Shown here one piece after another: positions 1-9,085 of a DNA stretch of 39,206 nt. Below the pieces are notes generated by a model. It did not search any database. It was not told where the DNA came from and saw nothing but the letters and a program-made list of their open reading frames with translations. Origin of the DNA: Callorhinchus milii (lineage: Eukaryota); the NCBI RefSeq assembly GCF_018977255.1, contig NW_024705498.1, positions 1 through 39,206 on the forward strand. The letters are read 5' to 3'. Position numbers and translations under genes: made by a program. Position 1 is the stretch's first letter. Every line of letters begins with the position of its first letter.

Positions 1-620
1 AGAGGTCATCAACCAGTTCGTGTGTCGCCCAGATCTATTTACCCCGCAAAATGGTGGGCAACGACCACTGTTTTTGCAGTTCCCCATCTCATTTCATTGT
101 TAGGCCCTCCCGGAGGATCATCGTGGATAAGACCCGTCAGTTCCCGCTATCCTCGGAATCCTTAACACGGCATCTGATTGAGAGAAGAGAGGCGTCCTCC
201 ACCTGGATACGCCTCACTCGGTGTTGGTGAAACCGAGCGTGTGATCCTGCATATCAGCCGTGTCGGTTTATGCCGCGTTAGCTACAGTACCGGGGCGGTA
301 CTATATCAGCAGGCTTGCATCGTCCCGCACCCGACATGCACGCGCACTGGTCACTCGGTGGCAATCGTGACAGTGCATCAGCGTTCATGTGCCTAACGCC
401 CTTCCTGTAGGAAACTACGAACACGTGGTCCTGAAGGACTTTAAGCCAACGGGAAAGCTGACCTGACGTCTGTTCAACACGCAGAGCGTACTGCAGAGCC
501 GCGTGATCGGAGCGCACCTCGAACTTGCGTTCATAGAGGTAGGGACGGTATTGCTGGACGAAGTGATCTATCGCCAGCAACTCCCGGTGCGTAACGCAGT
601 AGCACTGCTCTGCCAGGAAC
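1..620 (-). mobile_element. Gypsy/Ty3 LTR-retrotransposon pol fragment (RNase H and following region)
   Basis: ORF 278-622 reads YCVTHRELLAI..YRPYLY.RKFEVRSDHAAL..GQLSRWL..L..VSYRKG..HMNADALSRLP, the canonical Gypsy RNase H C-terminal motifs. Extent to position 1 is assumed. Confidence 0.85.
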
Positions 621-624
621 ATGT

Positions 625-789
625 ATTTATTCGGTCTTGAAAAGTTATAAAAATTAAATGAATTTTAAAATGTAATGAAGTTATCAGATGTTTCAGAGAC
701 GATGCGGGTGTCATCACAAACTTGTGGAAATTTAAAGCAACACGCTATTGATGAGTCCTCATCATTCTTCTTGCATGTGTTTGTATGAT
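625..789 (-). pseudogene. Helitron Rep remnant, piece 3 (HTNTC..C.FKFP region)
   Basis: Minus strand reads HTNTCKKNDEDSSIACCFKFPQVCDDTRIVS, continuing the CQVHHHT motif found at ~1080-1105 across a 12-bp duplicated target. Confidence 0.65.
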
Positions 790-1073
790 TCTTTGGTTCT
801 TTCGGTAAAGTCACGTATAAAGATAAAATAATAAATTAAATAATAGCATACGACATTTCGATTGCAACACAAGCAATCCTCATCAGGTATAATGAAATAG
901 CGACATAAATTCTAACCAGAAAACTATAGACAGACATATAAGCAGACAGATATCACCAAGATACATAGAGAGAGCAACACAGGTACAGAGAGGGGTGATC
1001 GTCTCTGTGGGGTGGCCTTAAATAGACAGAGGGGGGCGGAGGCAGAGAGAGGGAGGGGTTAGAGAAAAAAGAT
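790..1073 (-). mobile_element. Solo Penelope-like pseudo-LTR with 12-bp target-site duplication
   Basis: Shares the pLTR tail CGTGACTTTACCGAAAGAACCA and a hammerhead motif with the GIY-YIG-bearing copies. Flanked by TGTTTGTATGAT at 778-789 and 1074-1085. Confidence 0.8.
847..891 (-). ncRNA. Minimal hammerhead ribozyme motif (PLE type)
   Basis: tatac-CTGATGA-g-gattgc(ttgtgtt)gcaatc-GAAA-TGTC-gtatg: perfect stem II and stem I. The ACGT palindrome has decayed to ATGT. Confidence 0.7.
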
Positions 1074-1483
1074 TGTTTGTATGATGGTGAACCTGACAAT
1101 TTTTAACTAAAACGAGCTCATATAGCTCAGAATCCCGTCAGACTTTTTTTGCTGTGCACACTTTATTGATTCCCTAAGGTATACTGAATTAGGGATGATC
1201 TTATATCCACACCAGCATGTGCAAATGTGGACTTAAACGATTTTGGAACTCTATTCGCCAGCAGTAATCCTTCAATTGACCAAACACTTCATGATTATTT
1301 GTCAAGAATTTCATAAGTGCATTCAATCGAATAATGAAGTGTCGAGTGACTATGACAGGATACTGTTCGATCAATCGTTGTGTGGCATATATGTTGAGTT
1401 CATTTGGATCTTCATCGGGTCTTTCATCAGCTACTAAGAGTGAATTGCGCATATCAAGGCAAATCAAATCATTGCAACTGAAT
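1074..1483 (-). pseudogene. Helitron Rep (HUH endonuclease) remnant, piece 2
   Basis: FSCNDL...YPVIVTRHF..R......FGQLKDYCWRIEFQNRLSPHLHMLVW is the Helitron Rep motif 2 (EFQ.RG.PH.H). Stops occur downstream. Confidence 0.85.
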
Positions 1484-1561
1484 TCTTCTTGGTTCTTTCG
1501 GTAAAGTCACGTATAAGGGAAGTAATAAAATAATAAAAATAAAACAAAATATAATAAAATA

Positions 1562-1613
1562 ATTCTCACGACGTTTCGGCCACAACGCAAGCAGCCGTCC
1601 TCAGGTGAAGAAT
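1562..1613 (-). ncRNA. Minimal hammerhead ribozyme motif (PLE type)
   Basis: attcttcac-CTGAGGA-c-ggctgc(ttgcgtt)gtggcc-GAAAC-GTC-gtgagaat: intact core, with a palindromic ACGT in place of stem III. Confidence 0.8.
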
Positions 1614-2413
1614 GAAACACCACCAAGCTTGGAGCGTATATTTAAGCTGGGTTGGAGGGGGGGAGGTGGGAAGAAGAGCGCCTTGACAAAATAATTTGCA
1701 TATCAAGAGGAATTTAGCATATGGAAAATGCGTAGGAGGTGGGCGGGGGGGTTTCAAATTAATATTATGCCCGTGCATTATGCAGGATTAGCAGCATCAA
1801 AGGGAGGGGAAGGGGGTAGCATTAACAAAGGAAAGGAATGTTAATAGTATGTAGCTGCAGTTACTAAACAACCACGTAAAAAACTAAAGTATAAACTACA
1901 TAAACAACTAAAGTATAAACTACATAGCATCATCAGTATACTTACTATACTCTACAATAAGCTGAGTTACTAACAGTAAGTAATACATTACAATTCTACG
2001 TCGTAAAAATTATATAATATGCTTCCATCTAAACTTTATTCTCTTACATCACACGAGCATACACCGTACTATATACTGCCATAGACAAACCCAACATTAA
2101 ATTATATACTGTATTGCTATAAACACCTTACATTTTAATATAACACTATGTATTATTCTACCCACCCTAATGTGTATCACACTGCTATATGTTTACTATA
2201 CAATTACGATACTATATATTACTTTGTACATTGTATTAAGCATATAAATGTTATACTATTTGTTATTATACACTGTACCATTGACCGTCGTGTCAATGGG
2301 TGAGTCGTGGGGGGAAAACTTGCAGCGGAGCAAAGAATCCATTCCCTGCGGAGAATACAATGCCAGTGAGTGGAACGCGGTCTGAAAGTCACCGTAAACG
2401 TGAACACAATCAG

Positions 2414-2925
2414 TTAAGATCCGAAATGGTTTATTACGTCCTTCCAATGATTGCTAAGCCAGAATCCATCTTCTCGGTTGAAATTGTCTCTGTGTTTGTA
2501 TATGTGGATCGCCTCATGAACGAATCTCTCATGATAGCCAGATGGCTTGCAGAGAACCTCTGTCTTGGAGAAGTCAATGTCATGTGAGCCCACTGAGTTG
2601 TAACAGTGATCTGCCACGGCTGAGGTGTTTGTCCTACCGTGTTTCAGGTCTGCTTTATGTTCACGGATGCGGTCCGAGACATGTCGTTTGGTTTCTCCAA
2701 TGTAACTGCTACCACAGAGGCAACTTAGTTTGTAGACGCCAGGGTACTGTATGTCTGGAACCACATCTTTTACAGACGGGACCAGATCACGGATTTTATG
2801 TACTGTGTTGAATCGGATCTTGTGTTTAATCAGGATTTTGGAGATCTTTTTTGTGACCCCAGCAATGTAGGGTAAGGTGATGGTCTTGAAAGGCTCCTTA
2901 ACAGGATCCTTCTTGATGGTTGGAG
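2414..2925 (-). CDS. Penelope GIY-YIG endonuclease domain (5'-truncated ORF)
   Basis: LPYIAGVT...GVYKLSCLCGSSYIGETKRHVSDRIREH..SAVADH..H.IDF..ERFVHEAIHI..NFNREDG. Confidence 0.85.
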
Positions 2926-3106
2926 TGAATGTCGCGAAGTATGTTGGTGGTCCTACTGAACGTATTTGTCCGATTAATTCATTCAGCATTGTTTGCCAAT
3001 ATGTAGCTGATCCTCGAAGGTTAAGGTAGAGGTAAAGATCTTCTACTCTAGAATCTTGTCCTTGACCCTTGTCCACTATTCGCCTCAACTTTTTCTGGCC
3101 CAGCAT
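2926..3106 (-). pseudogene. Helitron Rep remnant, piece 1
   Basis: LRGSATYWQTMLNELIGQIRSVGPPTYFATF is the Helitron Rep GS..YW / G.PT.F.TFS motif. It joins in frame to SCNDL once the Penelope insert is removed. Confidence 0.8.
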
Positions 3107-3261
3107 CGCAGGAGATGTGCAAAATGTGCTGAGGGGATGTAGTGAATGCGCTCACCGAAAGCCGTCCACCAAAAATGGCTTGTCCCCCGTTGCAATCGAT
3201 TTCAGTGTCCTGGATGAATGAGCTCGTCGCTCTCGACGTGCTCGGCCCCTTTCCCACGACA

Positions 3262-4431
3262 TTCTAAACTTTATTCTCTTACATCACACGAGTCTACACC
3301 GTACTATATACTGCCATAGACAAACCCAACATTAAATTACATACTGTATTGCTATAAACCACCTTATCCATTGTATTATTACACTGTATTATTCTACCCA
3401 CCCTAATGTATATCACACTGCTGTATATTAACTATAAAATTACGATACTATATATTACTTTGTACATTGTATTAAGCATATACATTTCTGTTAACCATTT
3501 GTTATTATACACTGTACATAGTGTAATATTACAATGAATAAGGTATAGGGTGGTTCATAGCAATACAGTACATAAGTTAATGTTTGGGTTGTCTATGGCA
3601 ATATATAGTATGGTGTAGACTCGTGTGATGTAAGAGAATAAAGTTTAGATGGAAGCATATTATATTTTTTATGACGTAGAATTGTAATTTATTATTTACT
3701 GTTAGTAACTCAGCTTATTGTAGAGTATATTTAGTATAATGATGATACTATGTAGTTTATACTTTAGTTTTCGATTTAAAGCTTTCGTGACTGCAGGGAT
3801 CCATCTTCTTGGTTCTTTCGGTAAAGTCACGTAGAAGGGAAGCAATAAAATAATAAAAAATAAAACATAATAAAATAATATAATATAATTATTTTTTACT
3901 ATTTTATTTTATTGTTTTATTTTTATTATTTTATTGCTTCCCTTCTACGTGACTTTACCGAAAGAACCAAGAAGATATACTTTAGTTGTTTACGTGGTGG
4001 TTTTAGTTACTGCAGCTACATACTATTAACACTTCTTCCCTTTATTAATGCTACCCCTATCCTCTCCCTGTGATGCTGCTAATCCTGCATAATGCACGGA
4101 CACAAGTAGTACTAATCACATACCTGCATTTCCCATGGGTATGCTGGATTCCTCTTGATATGCAAATTCTTTTGTCAAGGCGCCCTCTTCCCCCACCCCC
4201 CCTTCCAACCCAGCTTATATATATGCTCCAAGCACGTGTGCTGTTTCATTCAGACGCTGTCGCCTCGACAGACCTGGTTTCACCTGAGGACGGCTACTTG
4301 CGTTGTGGCCGAAACGTCGTGAGAATTATTTTATTTTTTATTTTTATTATTTTATTATTTTCCTTCTACGTGACTTTACCGAAAGAACCAAGAAGATGAA
4401 TCCCTGCAGTCACGAAAGCTTTAAATCGAAA
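3262..4431 (+). mobile_element. Rearranged Penelope 3' UTR/pLTR copy with internal inversions
   Basis: Same UTR and pLTR as 1484-2300 and 13900-14697. The 3262-3516 segment is in opposite orientation and 3803-3976 is a palindrome. Ends GTCACGAAAGCTTTAAATCGAAA. Confidence 0.85.
4280..4322 (+). ncRNA. Minimal hammerhead ribozyme motif (PLE type)
   Basis: tcac-CTGAGGA-c-ggctac(ttgcgtt)gtggcc-GAAAC-GTC-gtga. Confidence 0.75.
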
Positions 4432-6420
4432 TTTAAATTGATATTCACAGAATATAGGCGAGGCTTTCCTGGGTAAACATACGTAACAAAAGTGTTAATT
4501 GTCAGGCCTGCCTGCCTGCCTGCTGAACTTGTTTTAATATCTTTGCGTCTGATATAATTCATCTTAATCTGACCTGCTGGCTGGACAAATACACGTGACA
4601 TGAAGTGCACTATAAAGTATGGAGAACACAAGACCATGGAAGTGCACAAACTAGTCCAGAGCCCAAATATGAAGTAGCAACCGAGGCAAACGGCGATAAA
4701 GAAATAAAAAAGATGGACATAGTATTGCAGTGATTTGTTTAAGGGATGGATGAGCTCGAAAAATATCCCCACCACCAAGAGATGATGCTCCCTGGATCTG
4801 CCTGAGCTGCACCTTAACTCAAACCCAGTTCATCTCATATCTTGATTGGTGCTTCAGTATTAACCACCACACCTGCCCGTCTTGGCTTGTGATAAGTTTG
4901 CTGTGCTCTACAACCAGCTTGTCTAAGTTAAGCTCATCTCATCACATAATTAGCATGACAGGATTACCACCTGCATGTTCTGGCTCATGACTAGCCCGCA
5001 CCAGCTTGCCCTAGCTGAAGCTCAGCCTATTTCGTCGTCCTGTTGATGCGGCAGTATTACTATTACTGCCTGTCCAACTAGCCACTGCACATGCTCATCT
5101 CGTCCCATCACGTGGCCACTGGTTTGTGCCCAGTCCATCCAGACGCTGTTTGTCTCATCATCTGGGCATCTGGTGTATGAACCTGGTTAAGGCATCGCAC
5201 CTCAAGCAAATAGCGGTTTCCACCCCTTGTGTCTGGAATCTTGCCTCTGGTGATTTAGTTCATGACCAAGTCACCACTGGAGCCGAGTGGACTTGCCGAT
5301 GACTGGTTCAAGAGGTGTCAAGATGAGCTCCTACGGAGGAGGTTCATGAATGGACGCTCCTTGACACTTAAGAGGCAGTCACCCTCCAGCAACAAAGGGC
5401 AGAGAAGCAACGCTCACAATAACAAGCGGAGAGCAGGGCAGATAAAAAGCACCGCTGTGGCACAGTGGGAGCACAGGTGGGGTGAGTCTGCCAGTCATCT
5501 CAGTCAATCCATGGCACCTGGGTCTGTTACGTGATCTGCCAGAGGGCCTTTCACATTTCACGTGGCCTTAAAAGTGCACCTAGCATGGAACATAACGAGG
5601 GGAAAGGTCGGCCAAATAAACAATGAAGCTCAGAGAGGATGAGCAGATACTCTGCATTGTTGTCCTCCTGAGAACTGGGTGATTCCACTACAGATGGGCA
5701 CCAGAGGTTTGTTAAACGGAAATGCTTTATTTCAAAGTGTTCTTCGAGGAGCATTTGCATATCTGCAATCATGACCAAACATATCCCTATCACCTTCCAC
5801 GTCACACAACACCTCAGAGCAGTCCCTCAGCACAGAATCTACCGCAAATATAAATTATAAGCCGCTTTTAAAATCCTATAACATTTAACATCTTATTTAA
5901 CTATAAAATTTTAAATATTCCACATCAAACATATGCCTACAGATTTGGAGTGCCTCCTAAATGTGCTACATTCCATAACAATATTGCATTAATGAAACAA
6001 TACATACTTATATTAATAAAGCAATAATATGTAAAATTATAGTAATATGTATATTTGGGTTATTTAACTGACAATAACCATGAAAGCTTTGTTTTGAATT
6101 GAGACTGGAACCTCTGCCAAAACACCTATTCTGCTCGCCCTATTAACTCAATGTCAGGCTAAATCCGTATGCCGGCCATTTTGTGCATTTTAAATGCACA
6201 ACAATAATACTAATGTAATCAACTATCACAACAAACTTTAATTTTCATCATCAAATCATTCTAATTGTCTTCATATTATGCTATATCTATTGATTCCAGT
6301 TGATTATCAAAATAAGCAAGTTATTAACACCTGTAAATATAATGAAAAAACCCATCACCAAAAGGGCGACGCCAGCCTGTTATGAAAGCCCGGCGTTCCG
6401 TTTGCCAACTAAGTTGAGCG

Positions 6421-6748
6421 TGATAATTGTTTTTTTACTCTTTATCTGGCAACAAAACTGACACTTTTTTTTACAAGGAGTAATGTTTGCATTGACCACA
6501 ATACCTGCGGTCGGAATGCAAAAAAAAACACAACTCTGATCATGTATGCACTGTCCTTGAAATTGATTGGTCCACACCCGAGAGTCTAGTCTCACATGGT
6601 GTTGGACCAGATGACGCCAAAGGCGCACTTTGTGTTTTTTTGTTTGCATTCTGACCGCAGGTATTGTGGTCAATGCAAACATGACTCCTTGTAAAAAATA
6701 AATGTGTCAGTTTTGTTGCCAGATAAAAGGGTAAACAACTAATTATCA
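6421..6748. repeat. ~110-bp inverted repeat made of a satellite-like unit also found at 36295-36680
   Basis: 6421-6533 is the near reverse complement of 6630-6748 (e.g. TTTGCATTGACCACAATACCTGCGGTC / GACCGCAGGTATTGTGGTCAATGCAAA). Confidence 0.85.
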
Positions 6749-6934
6749 TATTTTCCTACTGGCAAAGGAGGTTCTAATGGTGTAAGTTGAGCGTCTTTCA
6801 GAAGGCCCTGAATCAAAAAGTGAAAGAAAGTGGAGCCCCGCCTCCACCCCCAGTGGGGGGAAAAAGGTTGATAAAACCGGTTTACAAAAATTGTCGACAC
6901 ACCCTCCCACCCCACTTCGCGCGTGAAGAGCACA

Positions 6935-7230
6935 CAAGTGTTGCAATCACATCGACCCCTCTAAGGAAAGAAACAGGTGGACTTCTCCACAAATCTGGCT
7001 GTCGCCTGATGAAGATAGTTGTAATTACTGGCAAAACATCGTTCTCCGTCAACGTTGTGGCTTGGCTGTCCAACATTTTGCTGTACTCGTCACGAATTGG
7101 CATGTTCTGTTTACGTGACAAACCTTACTAATTGGCAGTGTCGGTTGGTGGCTCGTTTAACGACATATATTTACGCGATCTAACCCAAAAATACTGTATT
7201 ATGGATATTGGTTGCGAAAGGCTGTGTTAA
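6935..7230 (+). mobile_element. Uninterrupted copy of a second pLTR-like repeat with degenerate hammerhead (empty paralog of the Tx1 target)
   Basis: Reverse-complement homology to 19236-19460 (clear) and 36050-36170 (weaker). Contains CTGATGA(7006-7012)-20 nt-AAAACATC and a pLTR-type terminal hairpin CGCGATC..GGTTGCG-AAAG. Confidence 0.6.
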
Positions 7231-8710
7231 ATTTAGTAGTATCTGCACACATGGGGGGGGGGGGGGAGAAGAGGACATCAGTGGGGGCAATGGGCAAGAC
7301 GCCAAGCAGCGAGAAGCCCTCCGTAGGCGCTAGAGTAAGGCAGCCTTAGGTCGGAGAAATTCTAATATTAAACTTCACGCTAGAAAACGGCAAACACAAT
7401 ATAACTGGAAAAAAGTGAACGTATCATACCTGTAATCATTACCAAACACAAACCTATCACCCTCCGTCACACAGTACCTCTTGATGGGATTTAGCACCAG
7501 TGTTCATTTTCTACACCCAATTATAACCAACTTATATATTGAAATATTACTGGTAGGAACCTCCTGGTTACACAAGGCCACAGGGGGATTATTGTGTCCG
7601 TCCGTCGTGCAGGGAGGGGCTGGGTGGGGAGGGGCTGGGGAGGGGCTGGGTAGGGGGTGGGAGGGATTGGGCTGGGTGGGGAGGGGCTGGTCACCCCGTG
7701 GTGCCCTTATAAAACATTTAACCTACTCACGCCAGCTTGTGCCCGCCCTCACAGTCGGGCATATTTGCGGAATACACCATGCCGCCGTTGACCCCGGCCA
7801 TTGACCGAGCAACCCAATGTTCCTACCAGCTCCCTTAGCAGGAATGTGTTTAATATCAACGTCTTAATTGTGAATATCTTCACCACCAATAACTCAATCA
7901 ACAGTCAAACAGTACCTAGTAAATGGCTTTGGATTAACATTGAAATATTAATTTAAGTTATATTTGATTTTCTATTTTAATAATGTAATCTCACCAGTCC
8001 ACCTCAAATCTGAAATGGGGTGTTCCCTGTACTTTGAATAGTCTACAGAGTTGGGCATGGCATGCTCTAAACATTACCTCCACGTATAAAAAATACACCA
8101 ACACCTGGCTCTACGTAGCAATTACAGCAACATTGCAGTGCACAATTACAGGTGAGATTAATCACAGGTAAGCTCACACCAGCTACAGCAACTGCATGGC
8201 ACACAACACGCCTTACTGCAAGTGGCATGCAGCGTCAAGATGCGGAACTTTACTCTCATTCGACACCTTTCGACTGCAACTCACGACTGAGTGCAATGAT
8301 ACATTGCGTGCGATTGGTCAAGTGAAAAGCCGAAGCCGGCTTCTGACACTATGCACTGTACACATAATATACATCACCATACAAACACACATTTCACCAC
8401 ACATCACAAAATTTACCACGAACTATTCACTGTGCACTTGACGCTACACTGCACTATAAACCACAACTACACTATGCAAGGTGCATACATAGCCATCAGG
8501 TGGGATTACAGTAGACTTTCAGACCCCTGCTGTTACCATCATATAAAATGAAAAAAAGTAATACCAGGCTAAGACCAATTAAATGAAACCCAAAGGGATT
8601 AAAAGCGAAACTGCAGAAAGTAGGCCTGACATTTAATTATTTTGATATCATGAACATATATTTAGTGTATGAAACCAAAAGTAAATATTACAAAAATGGT
8701 TACCTTTTCT

Positions 8711-8716
8711 TTTATT
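8711..8716 (-). promoter_or_regulatory. Candidate polyadenylation signal of the zinc-finger gene
   Basis: AATAAA on the minus strand ~370 nt after the stop codon, in AT-rich sequence. Confidence 0.35.
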
Positions 8717-9085
8717 AAAGGGCATTTAAAAAGCAATAAAAAACAGACTGGGAGCATGCAGAAAAGCACGGCCACACCAGACAGCCACTTTAATAGTAAT
8801 GCAAACAGTTATAATTAATACTTATTCATTTAATACGTAACCATTAAAATGCATTCCTAATTCGTGTTTTATAAGGCAGCATAATGCTTTGCATATCGAC
8901 TATTTCACTTCGACACTCAATAACTTTATCTGTACAGAAAGCCCATCTATGCTTGGATGACACCTACACCCCTATGCATTCTTGAAATTATAGAATCCTG
9001 TGAATAAGGCGAATGCTATGGGAAATCGTCTCCAACTCCAGGTTATACATCTTCCAAGGTGCCATTTCACACGTGCCGTCCCCTC

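Larger units (their letters stand above)
1484..2925 (-). mobile_element. 5'-truncated Penelope-like retroelement (GIY-YIG end, AT-rich 3' UTR, pLTR)
   Basis: GIY-YIG coding region followed by UTR, TATA-like site, hammerhead and pLTR tail. Near-identical to 13482-14697. TGAAT is duplicated at 1479-1483 and 2926-2930. Confidence 0.9.

Noticed and set aside
4780..5810. Short ORFs 5262-5534 and 5551-5805, possibly an old LINE remnant
   Set aside because: No recognisable motif strong enough to call.
7612..7690. (GGGGCTGGG)n G-quadruplex-prone tract
   Set aside because: Real low-complexity sequence, but nothing links it to a function here.
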